Position numbers and translations under genes: made by a program. Shown here piece after piece: positions 37,503 to 47,875 of a stretch of DNA of 64,000 nucleotides (position 1 is its first letter; the number at the start of each line of letters is the position of its first letter). Source of the stretch: Polyangiales bacterium (GTDB lineage: Bacteria > Myxococcota_A > Polyangia > Polyangiales > Ga0077539); contig JBGARZ010000016.1 in assembly GCA_044229975.1 (NCBI GenBank), forward strand, positions 1-64,000. The letters are read 5' to 3'. The notes under the pieces are model-generated. The model saw only the letters and a program-made list of their open reading frames with translations, searched no databases and was not told where the DNA came from.

Positions 37503-39647
37503 ATGAACGACGCGGACCACCCCACCGAGAACGCCACCGACGAGATCGTCGCGCTGCGCCGACAGGACCAGCGGCTGCGGTTGATCCTCGACGGCGTCCG
37601 CGACCACGCCATCTCCATGCTCGATCGCGACGGGCGGGTGGAGACCTTCAACGCGCCGGCCGAGCGCATCAAGGGCTACGCCGTCGAGGAGGTGCGGGGG
37701 CGCTACTACGGGATGTTCTTCACGCCGGAAGATCTCGCGACGGGGCTGCCCGAGGAAGAGCTCGCGGTCGCCCGCGCGACGGGTCGCTACGAGGGCGAGG
37801 GATGGCGTCTGCGGAAGGACGGCTCGCGCTTCTACGCCACGGTCTCGCTGTCCGTGCTGCGGGACGCCGCGGGCGAGCCGGTCGGCTTCGTCAAGGTCAC
37901 CCAGGACATCACCGAGCGCCGGACCCTGGCCGAAGAAGCACGCCGCGCAGAAGGGTGGCTCCGGTTCTTGTCCGAGGCGTCCAACACGCTCGCGAGCTCG
38001 CTCGACTATCGACAGATCCTGGCCACGCTCGCGCGCCTCTGCGTCCCCACGATCGCCGACTGGGCCGCGGTGGACATGCTCGGTCCCGATCGCACGCTGC
38101 AACGCCTCGCCGTCGTGCACGTCGACCCAACCAAGGTCGAACTCGCGCACGAGCTCTACCGCCGCTGGCCCCCGACCCTGGACGACCCGCACGGCGTCCC
38201 GCACGTCCTGCGGACGGGGCGGTCCGAGGTCTTCTACGAGATCAGCGACGCGCTGCTCGAAGCGTCGGTGCCCGACCCCGAGCTGCTCGGCGTCGCGCGC
38301 TCCCTCGGTCTCTCGTCCTCGATGTGCGTTCCGCTCACGGTGCGCGGGTCCACCGTGGGGACGATCAGCCTCGTGTCCGCCGAGTCGGGGCGTCGCTTCA
38401 CCGCCGACAGCCTCGTGCTCGCCGAAGAGCTGGCGCGCCGCGCGAGCGTCGCGGTCGAAAACGCCATGCTCTACCGCGAGGCCACCGAGGCGTCGCAGTT
38501 GAAGGACGAGTTCCTCGCCACGCTGTCGCACGAGCTGCGCACGCCCCTCACGGCCATCCTCGGCTGGGCCACCATGCTGCGCATGCGCCAGGACGACCCC
38601 GGTCAGGTGAGCAAGGGGCTCGCGACCATCGAGCGCAACGCGCGGGTGCAGTCGCAGCTCATCGACGACCTGCTCGACCTCTCGCGCATCGTCACCGGCA
38701 AGCTCCGCCTGGACGTTCAACCCGTCGAGCCGGGTGTGCTCGTCGAGTCGGCTCTCGACACCATCCGCCCGGCGGCGGCAGGCAAGGGCGTGTCCCTCCG
38801 CGCCGTCATCGACCCGCAGGCGGGCACGCTCATGGGCGACGCGGGTCGGCTCGTGCAGGTCGTCAACAACCTGCTGACCAACGCGACCAAGTTCACGCCC
38901 AAGGGCGGCGCCATCCGGGTCTATGTTCGGCGCGTCGAGAGCTCGGTCGAGATCACGGTGAAGGACACCGGCGCAGGCATCGAGCCGACCTTTCTCCCGC
39001 ACGTCTTCGAGCGCTTCCGGCAGGCGGATGGGAGCATCACCCGCACGCATGGCGGCCTCGGGCTGGGCCTCGCGATCTGCCGTTCGCTCGTCGAGCTGCA
39101 CGGCGGCACCATCTCGGCCGAGAGCGAAGGCCGAGGCCGCGGGTCGACCTTCACGGTGCGTCTCCCTGTGGCCCCGATCCGGTCGTCGCCGGTGCCCGCG
39201 GCCCCCACACCCGCGCCCGAGGGCGCTGAACACTCGGTGGCGCTGGCGCGCTCCATCGCGCTGGAGGCGGTCCGCATCCTGGTGGTGGACGACGAGCCCG
39301 ACACGCGCGACGTGCTCACGGTGCTGCTCGAACAATACGGGGCGTCGGTGCGGGTCGCCGCGTCGGCGGCCGGGGCCCTCGCGATGCTTCGGCGCGACCC
39401 CCCGGACGTGCTGGTCTCCGACATCGGGATGCCCGATGAAGACGGGCTGACCTTCATGCGGAAGGTGCGTGCGTTGCCCGCTGCGGAGGGAGGCCGCGTC
39501 CCCTCCGTGGCCCTCACGGCCTACGCCGCGCCGGGCGATCGCACCCGCGCCTTCATGGCGGGCTTCAACCAGTTCGCCACCAAGCCCATCGACAACCAGG
39601 AGCTGGTCGTCGTCATCGCCACCGTCCTGGGTCGCCTCTCGACCTGA
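37503..39647 (+). CDS. Hybrid histidine kinase PAS-GAF-HisKA-HATPase-REC
   Basis: EGWRLRKDGSRF PAS, GAF, LSHELRTPL and SDIGMP REC. Confidence 0.95.
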   Translation: MNDADHPTENATDEIVALRRQDQRLRLILDGVRDHAISMLDRDGRVETFNAPAERIKGYAVEEVRGRYYGMFFTPEDLATGLPEEELAVARATGRYEGEGWRLRKDGSRFYATVSLSVLRDAAGEPVGFVKVTQDITERRTLAEEARRAEGWLRFLSEASNTLASSLDYRQILATLARLCVPTIADWAAVDMLGPDRTLQRLAVVHVDPTKVELAHELYRRWPPTLDDPHGVPHVLRTGRSEVFYEISDALLEASVPDPELLGVARSLGLSSSMCVPLTVRGSTVGTISLVSAESGRRFTADSLVLAEELARRASVAVENAMLYREATEASQLKDEFLATLSHELRTPLTAILGWATMLRMRQDDPGQVSKGLATIERNARVQSQLIDDLLDLSRIVTGKLRLDVQPVEPGVLVESALDTIRPAAAGKGVSLRAVIDPQAGTLMGDAGRLVQVVNNLLTNATKFTPKGGAIRVYVRRVESSVEITVKDTGAGIEPTFLPHVFERFRQADGSITRTHGGLGLGLAICRSLVELHGGTISAESEGRGRGSTFTVRLPVAPIRSSPVPAAPTPAPEGAEHSVALARSIALEAVRILVVDDEPDTRDVLTVLLEQYGASVRVAASAAGALAMLRRDPPDVLVSDIGMPDEDGLTFMRKVRALPAAEGGRVPSVALTAYAAPGDRTRAFMAGFNQFATKPIDNQELVVVIATVLGRLST

Positions 39648-39794
39648 CGCACTCGCGGTCGGGCGTGTCGGAGCGAGGCGTCATCGCGGGGATCTTCACC
39701 GGCGGCGCCTCGTCGCGGAGATCGCTGGGAGCCGCTGTTCGCCCGCCTCGACGCGCCGGTGGTGTTGCCCATCGCGCGGCGTGCGAGGCGCCCG

Positions 39795-41159
39795 TCACGC
39801 TCGGTCGACGGCCACCGGCACCCCGACGCGGCGCGTGCTGACGAGCCCTGCGATCAACGTCAGCGCCGCCGCGACGCCGAGGCCGACGCGCGGCGCGACG
39901 TCGATCGACATCCTCGCGAACAGCAGGGTCATCAGCACGGCGCCGAGGGTCTGGCCGGTGAGGCGCGCGGTGCCCTGCATGCCGCCGGCTGCGCCGCTGC
40001 GCGCGGTCGGCGCGGACAGGAGCATGTTGCGGTTGTTGGGGACCTGAAACAGCCCGAAGCCCGCACCGCACAGCACCACGCAGGGGAGCAGCGCGAGCGG
40101 CCGTCCGGCGAGCGGAGCGAGCGCCGCGCCCGCGAGTCCGATCGCCAGCAAGGTGCCGCCGAGGGCACACAGCCACGCGCCCGAGACGCGCTCCGTCAGC
40201 CGCCCCGCGATCGGCGCCACGACCGCGACCGTCAGGGGCCACGGCGTGATGAGGAGGCCGGTGTGCAACGCATCCTGGCGGAGGCTGTGTTGCAGATAGA
40301 ACGGCAGCGACACCATCGCGGCGCTCTGTCCGACGAAGCAGCACACCGACGCGACCACGGAGGTGCGGAAGGAGGCGTCGCGCAGGAGATCGAGCGGGAT
40401 CAACGGCGCGTCACGCGGCAGCTCGCGGCGCACCAGGGCGATCATGCCGAGCGCGGCCACGGCGAGGGTGACGGTCGCGACGGCGGGCGCCACGGGGAGC
40501 AGCTCGGCGCCGACGACCAGGGCGGCGAAGGCGGAGGCGTTGAGGGCGATGCTGGCGGGGTCGAGCGGGCGCGCGCTCCCGGTGACGGACGGCAGGGCCC
40601 GCGTCGCGAGCAGCACCAACGCGCCGAGCGGGAGGTTGATGGCGAAGAGCCAGGGCCAGCCTCCCAAGGAGAGAATCACCGCGCCGACGGTCGGACCCGC
40701 GGCCGAGGCGAGCGCGACGGCGAGGGCGTTCCAGCCGATGGCGGCGCCGAGCCGCTCGGGTGGGACCACGAAGCGCAGCAGCGCGACGCCGAGCGACATG
40801 ATGCCGGCGCCGCCGAGGCCCTGGGCGAAGCGCGCGACGACGAGCCACGACAGCGATGGGGCGAACGCGCACAGCGCCGACGCGCCGACGAAGAGCGCGA
40901 CGCCTCCCGCATACACACGACGGTAGCCGACGCTCTCGCCGAGCGCGGCGCACGGGAGCAACGCCATCACGAGGGCCATCTGGTAGGCGGTGATCACGCG
41001 CACCGAGACGGCGGGCGTCACCGCGAGCGAGCGCGCGATGGCAGGCAGCGCGACGTTGGCGACGGCGGCGTCGAGCACCACGAGGACGATGGCCGCGAGC
41101 ACGCAGGCGATCGCGATGCTGCGCCGCGGCCCCTCCCCGACGACGGGGTGCGGGGTCAC
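39795..41159 (-). CDS. MFS drug:H+ antiporter (DHA2-like)
   Basis: LD...ANVALP.IA, ARFAQGLG and GPTVG motifs, about 14 TM helices. GTG start overlaps the upstream stop. Confidence 0.9.
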   Translation of the reverse strand: MTPHPVVGEGPRRSIAIACVLAAIVLVVLDAAVANVALPAIARSLAVTPAVSVRVITAYQMALVMALLPCAALGESVGYRRVYAGGVALFVGASALCAFAPSLSWLVVARFAQGLGGAGIMSLGVALLRFVVPPERLGAAIGWNALAVALASAAGPTVGAVILSLGGWPWLFAINLPLGALVLLATRALPSVTGSARPLDPASIALNASAFAALVVGAELLPVAPAVATVTLAVAALGMIALVRRELPRDAPLIPLDLLRDASFRTSVVASVCCFVGQSAAMVSLPFYLQHSLRQDALHTGLLITPWPLTVAVVAPIAGRLTERVSGAWLCALGGTLLAIGLAGAALAPLAGRPLALLPCVVLCGAGFGLFQVPNNRNMLLSAPTARSGAAGGMQGTARLTGQTLGAVLMTLLFARMSIDVAPRVGLGVAAALTLIAGLVSTRRVGVPVAVDRA

Positions 41160-41695
41160 GCCGCTCCGAGGGTCCAGACGCCGTCGCGCTCGACGTAGCG
41201 GGTGATCCACCGCGCCTCGTCGTCGCTCTTCAGGTCGCGCGCGGTGAAACGAAACAGCAGCGACGGCTCGTCGAGGCCGCGCGTGTCGTGGATGTCACCC
41301 GGCAGGTAGAGGCGCGCCTCGCCCGCGCGCAGCACCGACGCGTCCCGTCGCACCAGGCGGACGCCGCCGTCCGGGGACTGCACGCGGGCGTAGGTCCCGA
41401 TCTCCATGGCGCCTCGTTGCAGCGCGTAGATGACCCAGTTGCGACCGTGGTCGTGGGGCGCGCGGTACAGGTGCGCGGGCTCGCTGTGCGCCAGAAGCAC
41501 GAAGCCGTGGGTGGGGTCGCGGTAGAGCTCGCGGGACGCTGGTGCTTCCCGGTGCAGCGCGGCCAGCCAGGGCTCGGTGCCGGGCGCGTGGGTGAGCTGC
41601 TCCAGGTGGCCGCGCACGGCGGCGACCATCTCGGTGGTGAGCGGTCCAAAGGAGGCGCGGGTCTGGGTGACGAAGGTGTCGAGGGCGTCGGTCAT
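41156..41695 (-). CDS. Cupin/cysteine-dioxygenase-like protein
   Basis: PHDHG and PGDIH metal-ligand motifs. Confidence 0.7.
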   Translation of the reverse strand: MTDALDTFVTQTRASFGPLTTEMVAAVRGHLEQLTHAPGTEPWLAALHREAPASRELYRDPTHGFVLLAHSEPAHLYRAPHDHGRNWVIYALQRGAMEIGTYARVQSPDGGVRLVRRDASVLRAGEARLYLPGDIHDTRGLDEPSLLFRFTARDLKSDDEARWITRYVERDGVWTLGAA

Positions 41696-41841
41696 GGGCT
41701 TCTCCTGGGGGTGGTGTCTGCGTGGAGCTCACGCCTCCGACTCGTAGCGTCGCTCGCAACATGGCGGAACGCGCATCGGTTGCAGGTGACCCGTGCACGG
41801 GACGCCATGTCACCCCCGGCCGGTCTGGTAGCGTCGGGCCC

Positions 41842-42798
41842 ATGTCGATGCCCGACCTGAACCTGCTCGTGACGCTCCATGTGCTCCTGGAGGAAGGCAG
41901 CGTCGCGGGCGCGGCCCGCCGCTTACGGCTGAGCGCGTCGGCGATGAGCCGCGCGTTGTCGCGCCTGCGCGAGGCCACCGGCGACCCGCTGCTGGTGCGA
42001 TCGGGGCGGGGATTGGTGCCGACGCCGCGCGCCATCGAGCTGCGCGGGCGCGCCGCTCCGCTGGTGCAGGAGGCGCAAAGCGTGTTGCGCCCCGCCGCGG
42101 CGCTCGACCTCACGCGCCTCGTGCGCGCCTTCACGCTGCGCAACACGGAGGGATTCGTGGAGAGCTTCGGCCCCGCGCTCATCGCCCGCGCCCAGCGCGA
42201 AGCGCCGGGGGTGCAGCTCCGCTTCCTCCCGAAGGCCGACAAGGATGGGAGGCTGCTGCGCGAGGGCGTCGTCGACCTGGAGACCGGCGTCGTCAACGAC
42301 CAGACCAGCCCCGAGCTGCGCACCCAGGCCCTGTTTCACGACCGCTACATCGGCGCGGTGCGACACGGGCACCCGCTCGCCCGTCGAAAGCTCACGCTCG
42401 CGCGCTACGTCGCGGGAAAGCACGTGCTGTTCTCCCGCGAGGGTCACGCGAAGGGCCGCGTCGACGAGGCGCTCGCCGCGCTCGGGCTCGCGCGCACCAT
42501 CGTCACGGTCGTCGGCGGCTTCGCGACCGCCCTGGCGCTGGCGCGCGCGTCGGACCTCATCGCGAGCGTCCCCGAGCGCCACACCCAGACGCTGCGCGAG
42601 TCGATGGTGAGCTTCGCGCTGCCCTTCGCGGCCCCGGAGATCACCGTCTCGATGTTGTGGCACCCGCGGCACGACGCCGACCCCGCGCACCGCTGGTTGC
42701 GCGGCTGCCTGCGCGCGGTGACCGCGGGCCGTCTCGACCCTCAGGACTCGCTGCGCAGGCGCCAGCGTTCGGACGCGCCCGCGGGCGGCGTGACTTGA
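41842..42798 (+). CDS. LysR-family transcriptional regulator
   Basis: DLNLL...SV..AA.RL.LS.SAMS..L.RLR...GDPL HTH and DPAHRWLR. Divergent from the cupin-MFS pair. Confidence 0.95.
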   Translation: MSMPDLNLLVTLHVLLEEGSVAGAARRLRLSASAMSRALSRLREATGDPLLVRSGRGLVPTPRAIELRGRAAPLVQEAQSVLRPAAALDLTRLVRAFTLRNTEGFVESFGPALIARAQREAPGVQLRFLPKADKDGRLLREGVVDLETGVVNDQTSPELRTQALFHDRYIGAVRHGHPLARRKLTLARYVAGKHVLFSREGHAKGRVDEALAALGLARTIVTVVGGFATALALARASDLIASVPERHTQTLRESMVSFALPFAAPEITVSMLWHPRHDADPAHRWLRGCLRAVTAGRLDPQDSLRRRQRSDAPAGGVT

Positions 42799-42856
42799 CA
42801 TCCCCGTCGCCCACCGCGAGAGCCCTCCGGGTGCCTCACCGAGCGGAGCCGTCGAC

Positions 42857-44158
42857 GTGACCCACGCATCGCTTCGCAACCGCCTCGTCGCCCTCGGGCA
42901 ATGGGTCGTCCTGGGCGCCGTCGTGGGCCTGTGCTGCGGCCTCTCCTCGGCGCTCTTCCTCCTCCTGCTCGACCACGTCACCGCCATTCGCGGTCGCCGC
43001 GAGACGATCGTCTACGCGCTACCGCTGGCGGGCCTCGTTCTCGGTTGGGTCTACGAGCGCCTCGGGCGGTCGATCAAGGGAGGCAACAACCTCGTCATCG
43101 ACGCCATCCACGACGACGGTCCCGAGATCCCGCTCCGACTGGCGCCGATGGTGCTCGTCGGCACCGTGCTCACCCACCTCTTCGGCGGCAGCGCCGGCCG
43201 CGAAGGAACCGCCGTCCAGATGGGCGCGGGCCTCGCCGACGCGATCGCGCATCGCCTCGCCGTCGACCGCTCGGTCCGTCGTCAGCTCATCGCCGCGGGC
43301 GTCGCCGGTGGCTTCGGTGCGGTCTTCGGCACGCCCATCGCGGGCGCGATCTTCGGCCTCGAGTTCGTCGTGCTGGGCCGCATCGCGTACGGGGCGCTCA
43401 TCCCCGCGCTCGTCGCCTCGTTGGTCGGCGACATGACCACGCGCGCCTGTGGCATCCGACACGCGCACTACCCTGCGGCGCCCCACGTCGCGCTGACGCC
43501 ATCGCTCGCGGTGAAGTGGTTGGTCTTCGCCGCCGCGATGGCCGCCGCGTCGACGGTGTTCATCGAGCTCACGCACTGGATCAAGCGTGAAGGCGAACGA
43601 CGCGTCCCCTCCCTGGGGTGGCGCATGGCGCTGGGCGGCGCGGCCGTGGTCGGGCTCTGGCGCCTGTTTGGCACCAGCGACTACCTCGGCCTCGGCGTGC
43701 CGATGATACTTCGCGCCTTCGAAGACCCGAACGTCCCCGTCTACGCCTTCGCCGCGAAGCTCCTGTTCACGGCCGTCACGCTCGGCGCGGGCTTCCTGGG
43801 GGGCGAGGTCACGCCGCTGTTCTTCGTGGGCGCGTCGCTCGGCAGCGTGCTCGCGCGGGCCTTCGACATCCCTCTCGCGCTCGGCGCGGGCGTCGGCATG
43901 GCGGCGGTCTTCGCGTCGGCCTCCAACGCTCCGCTCGCCCTCTCCGTGATGGCCGTCGAGCTGCTCGGCGGAGGCGCCTTCCCCCACGTCACGCTCGTCT
44001 GCGTCGTGGCCTACGTGCTCACCGGGCACCGCAGCATCTATCCCGCGCAGCGGCTGCTCACCGGCAAGGCAGGCGGCGAGCTCGCGCGCCCGACCGCGCT
44101 CCGAGACCTGGCCCGCGCCGACGCCCCGTCCCCGCCGCCCGATGAGACCCGGGCATGA
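42857..44158 (+). CDS. eriC: CLC-family anion transporter, CLC-F (fluoride exporter) type
   Basis: GNNLV, GREGT and GEVTP signature motifs. Confidence 0.9.
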   Translation: MTHASLRNRLVALGQWVVLGAVVGLCCGLSSALFLLLLDHVTAIRGRRETIVYALPLAGLVLGWVYERLGRSIKGGNNLVIDAIHDDGPEIPLRLAPMVLVGTVLTHLFGGSAGREGTAVQMGAGLADAIAHRLAVDRSVRRQLIAAGVAGGFGAVFGTPIAGAIFGLEFVVLGRIAYGALIPALVASLVGDMTTRACGIRHAHYPAAPHVALTPSLAVKWLVFAAAMAAASTVFIELTHWIKREGERRVPSLGWRMALGGAAVVGLWRLFGTSDYLGLGVPMILRAFEDPNVPVYAFAAKLLFTAVTLGAGFLGGEVTPLFFVGASLGSVLARAFDIPLALGAGVGMAAVFASASNAPLALSVMAVELLGGGAFPHVTLVCVVAYVLTGHRSIYPAQRLLTGKAGGELARPTALRDLARADAPSPPPDETRA

Positions 44159-45375
44159 TCGGGCGCATGGCATCGCTCCGGTCTCTGCTCCCGTGGCTCC
44201 TCGCGCCGCTCGTCGCGTGCGCGTCGACGACGCCGTCGTGGGACCCGCTGGCCACCGCCGCGCCAGCCGCTCCGACCGATGTGCCCGCGGTCGCCGCTCC
44301 GGTGACGCGACGCCCGCCCGCGCCTCCGACGCGCTCCGCCTTCGATGCGCTGCCGGGGTGGCGCGACGACAACGTGGCCGAGACGCTCCCCGCGTGGCGG
44401 CGCACCTGCGCGCGGCTGCTGCGTGTGCCCGACGATCGCCCGCTGGGGCCACGGGGCCTCGTCGGCGTCGCCGCAGACTGGAAGGCCCCCTGCCGCGCGC
44501 TCCCTCCGCCCGAGGCCGACGCGGCCGCGGCGCGCGCCTACTTCGAGCGTCACTTCGTGCCGGTGTCCGTCGCCGCGGAGGGCAACGATCGCGGGCTCTT
44601 CACCGGGTACTACGAGCCCGAGCTGCACGGCTCGCGCACCCGCAGCAGGCGCTTCCATGTGCCGCTGTACGCGCGCCCGTCGGATCTCCTCTCGTCGAGC
44701 GCGCACCGTGGTGCCGTGCGCCGCGTCGGAGGGCGTCTGCGCCCCTACTGGACCCGCGCGCAGATCGCGGCGGGCGCGCTGCGTCGGCGAGCGCGGGTGG
44801 TGGTGTGGGTCGACGATGCGGTGGACGCGTTCTTCCTTGAGATCCAGGGGTCGGGGCGCGTGGTGTTGGAGGACGGCTCGGTGATGCGGGTCCACTACGA
44901 CGTGAGCAACGGCCACCCGTACGTCCCCATCGGTCGGGTGCTCATCGAGCGGGGTGCGCTCCAGGCGGGCGAGGTGTCGCTGCAGTCGATCCGCGCGTGG
45001 CTCGTCGCGCACCCGCGCGAGTCTCAGGCCGTGATGGACCGCAACCCGTCGTATGTGTTCTTTCACGAGAGCGAGCAGGGGGCGACGGGCTCCGAGGGCG
45101 TGGTGCTCACGGCTGGTCGCAGCCTCGCCGTCGACACGCGCTTCATCCCGCTGGGGGCGCCGTTGTTCCTCGATCTTGCGCCGCTGGAGGGCGTCGGTGT
45201 CATCCGTCGACTCGTCGTCGCGCAGGACACCGGCGGCGCGATCCGGGGCGTGGTGCGCGGCGACCTCTTCTGGGGCAACGGGCCCGACGCCCACGACCGC
45301 GCCGGGCGGATGCAGCAGCAGGGTCGCTACTGGATGCTGGTGCCGCCGTCGGTCGCGGCGCAGGTGCGGTGGTGA
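44155..45375 (+). CDS. mltA: Membrane-bound lytic murein transglycosylase A
   Basis: Lipobox LVAC, TGYYEP, IQGSG, NPSYVFF, AVD, DTGGAI.G and D.FWG (3D domain). Confidence 0.93.
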   Translation: MIGRMASLRSLLPWLLAPLVACASTTPSWDPLATAAPAAPTDVPAVAAPVTRRPPAPPTRSAFDALPGWRDDNVAETLPAWRRTCARLLRVPDDRPLGPRGLVGVAADWKAPCRALPPPEADAAAARAYFERHFVPVSVAAEGNDRGLFTGYYEPELHGSRTRSRRFHVPLYARPSDLLSSSAHRGAVRRVGGRLRPYWTRAQIAAGALRRRARVVVWVDDAVDAFFLEIQGSGRVVLEDGSVMRVHYDVSNGHPYVPIGRVLIERGALQAGEVSLQSIRAWLVAHPRESQAVMDRNPSYVFFHESEQGATGSEGVVLTAGRSLAVDTRFIPLGAPLFLDLAPLEGVGVIRRLVVAQDTGGAIRGVVRGDLFWGNGPDAHDRAGRMQQQGRYWMLVPPSVAAQVRW

Positions 45376-45418
45376 GCGGGTGCGATGGCTGTCCATCACC
45401 GACAACCCGAGGGGCGTT

Positions 45419-45916
45419 CTACACGGCGGGCTTGGGCGCCTCGTACTCGTCGCGTCGGCGCACCCAGAACATCCCCCTGCCGTCCTCGTCCCGACCGAGC
45501 GGCGTGAGGTCGAGCAGGTGGTAGACGTTCATCAGCGCGTCGACGCCTCGCCCGAAGGTCGAGTACGCGTGGAAGACGTCGCCGCCGTCGCGCAGGAAGG
45601 TGCTGAACCCCGGCGCCTCGGTCGTCCCGAAGGCGGTGCGTTGGTAGTTGTACTCGACGCTCTTCGCGTCGACGTCCTCCTGGCGAAACGACACCCGGTA
45701 GTCGAAGTTGAACTCGGTGTTCGACGACGACACCCATGGGAAGGTCCACCCCATGCGCCGCTCGTACGCGTCGAGCTTCTCGAAGGGCGCACGCGAGACG
45801 GCGACGAAGGACGTGTCGCGCGCGGCGAGGTGCACCACCGTGCGGTCGAAGGTCTCCGCGACGAGCGAGCAGCTCTTGCACCCGGCCTCCCACGAGGGCG
45901 CGAACATGAATTGGTA
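45419..45916 (-). pseudogene. DUF899 (thioredoxin-like) gene lacking its N-terminus
   Basis: Homology begins abruptly at YQFMFAP..GCKSCS and continues through MGWTFPWVSS and LDLTPLGRDE. There is no room upstream for the usual N-terminal part. Confidence 0.7.
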
Positions 45917-45919
45917 GAG

Positions 45920-46456
45920 TGGTTTGCGCGCGACGAGGAGCTCGTGGCCTTCGACCCCGCGGCCGAGCGCATCGTGCGTCGCTTCCCGATGGACTCCGCG
46001 AAGGGCGGCACGGCCTTCGACGGCGCGCGCCTGTACCAGCTCTCGCGATCGCAGATCCTCGTCATCGACGCGGACAGCGGCGAGGTGCTTCGACGACTGG
46101 CCGCGCCGGGCGAGGGGTGCAGCGGCATGGCCTGGGCCGACGGCTACCTCTGGGTCGGCCAGTGGAGCGGTCGGAGGATTCTCAAGGTCGACGCGCAGAC
46201 GGGCGAGGTGGTGAAGACGCTCGGCTCCGATCGCTTCGTCACGGGTGTGTCCTGCCTCGACGGCGCGCTCTGGCACGGGGCGGCGGGCGATGACGGGCCC
46301 TCCGAGCTCCGTCGGCTCGCTCCCGACGGAACGGTCGACGAGGTCGTGTCCGTTCCGGTTCGCATGATCGCGGGCGTCGAGCGAACGCCGGACGGCGACT
46401 TCTGGTGCGCCGGAGAAGAAGGCACGCTGCGCCTCATCCGACGACGCGCGGGCTGA
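45920..46456 (+). pseudogene. Glutamine-cyclotransferase-like beta-propeller gene lacking its N-terminus
   Basis: WFA.., GTAFDG, SGMAWADG.LWVGQ, SDRFVTGV and FWC motifs. No in-frame start precedes WFA before the opposing DUF899 sequence. Confidence 0.65.
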
Positions 46457-46558
46457 TCAGCTCGACGACGGTCAGGGTCGCGGTCACCGGGTCGTTGGCG
46501 TTGTGTTTGGACGGCTCGATCGCCGCCGCCGTATGTTCGCGCCGAGATCGAGGACGAT

Positions 46559-47875
46559 GTGACTCTCCCCCACCAACCCCTGCAAAACTGGGCGCGCTCG
46601 ACGGCCTTCACCCCCGCGGCGATCGACCGCCCCGCCTCGCTCGATGCGCTGCGGGCCGCGGTCGCGCGAGCCGCGGCGAGCGGGGCGAAGGTGAAGGTCT
46701 ACGGCACGGGCCACTCGTGGTCGGAGGCCAACCACACCGACGGTCACGCCATCGTGCTCGACGGCCTCCGCGACGTCCGCGTCGACGCCGCCGCGCGTCG
46801 GGTCGTCGCGCAGGGCGTGGCGCGCATCCACGCCGTCAACCGCGCGCTCCACGACGCCGGGCTCGCGCTGGAGAACCTCGGCTCCATCTCCGAGCAGACC
46901 CTCGCGGGCGCCGTCGCGACCGGGACGCATGGATCGGGCGTTCGCTTCGGGGTCATGGCCACGCAGGTCGTCGCGATGACCCTCGTCACCGCCGACGGCG
47001 AGGCGCGCGCGGTGAGCGCCGAGAGCGACCCCGAGCTGTTCGCTGGGGCGCGCGTGGGCTTCGGCGCCTTCGGTGTGATCGCGGACCTGACGCTCGCGTG
47101 CGTGCCGGCCTTCGACCTCGAAGAGAAGACGACGGTGCTGCCCTTCGGTGAAGCGTTTGGTGCCGCGACCATCGCGCGGGTCGAGCGCAACGACCACGCG
47201 CAGTTCTTCTGGCTGCCGCACACCGACGCCGCGCTGCTCTTCGAGCGCAACCGCGCGACCACGCCGCCCGCGCGACCGAGCCCGCCGGGACCGGCGCCCA
47301 TCCGTCACGCCGAAAACGTCGGATTCGGTGCGCTCCTCGCGCTCGGCGATACCTTTCCGGCGGCGATCCCGACGCTCAACCGTGTAGCGCGTGGGGCTCT
47401 CTACAAGACGGGCACGCGCGTCGACCGGAGCGACCTCGTGCTCAACAACCCGCTGCCGCCGCGCTACGTCGAGTCCGAGTACGCGATTCCCATCGAGCGC
47501 ACCGCCGAGGCCATGAACGCGCTTCGTGCGCTGGTCGAGCGCGAGGGCCTGCGGCTCAACTTCCCCGTCGGCGTGCGCTTCACCCGCGGCGACGAGCTCT
47601 GGATGAGCCCGGCGTATGGCCGCACGAGCTGCTTCGTCGGACTGATGATCGCGGGCGGCGGACCGCGCCTCGCGAGGGCGTTCGAGGCCTTCGAGGCGCT
47701 GATGAAGGGCTTCGGCGGTCGACCGCACTGGGGCAAGGTCTTCCATGCGACGCCGGCCGAGCTGCGCGGGATGTACCCCGAGACCTACGAGCGCTTCGCC
47801 GCGCTGCTCGCGCGCACCGACCCGACGGGGCTCTTCCGAACGCCCTTCGTCGAGCGGCACTTCCGCCCGGGCTGA
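46559..47875 (+). CDS. FAD-linked sugar-lactone oxidase (ALO/GULO family)
   Basis: NWA, GTGHSWS (covalent FAD His), GAVATGTHGSG, ESEYAIP, GRPHWGK and DPTGLF. Confidence 0.9.
   Translation: MTLPHQPLQNWARSTAFTPAAIDRPASLDALRAAVARAAASGAKVKVYGTGHSWSEANHTDGHAIVLDGLRDVRVDAAARRVVAQGVARIHAVNRALHDAGLALENLGSISEQTLAGAVATGTHGSGVRFGVMATQVVAMTLVTADGEARAVSAESDPELFAGARVGFGAFGVIADLTLACVPAFDLEEKTTVLPFGEAFGAATIARVERNDHAQFFWLPHTDAALLFERNRATTPPARPSPPGPAPIRHAENVGFGALLALGDTFPAAIPTLNRVARGALYKTGTRVDRSDLVLNNPLPPRYVESEYAIPIERTAEAMNALRALVEREGLRLNFPVGVRFTRGDELWMSPAYGRTSCFVGLMIAGGGPRLARAFEAFEALMKGFGGRPHWGKVFHATPAELRGMYPETYERFAALLARTDPTGLFRTPFVERHFRPG

Noticed and set aside
19149..44158. Functional link between the halogenase and the CLC channel
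   Set aside because: They are about 22 kb apart, and the CLC motifs indicate fluoride export rather than chloride supply.
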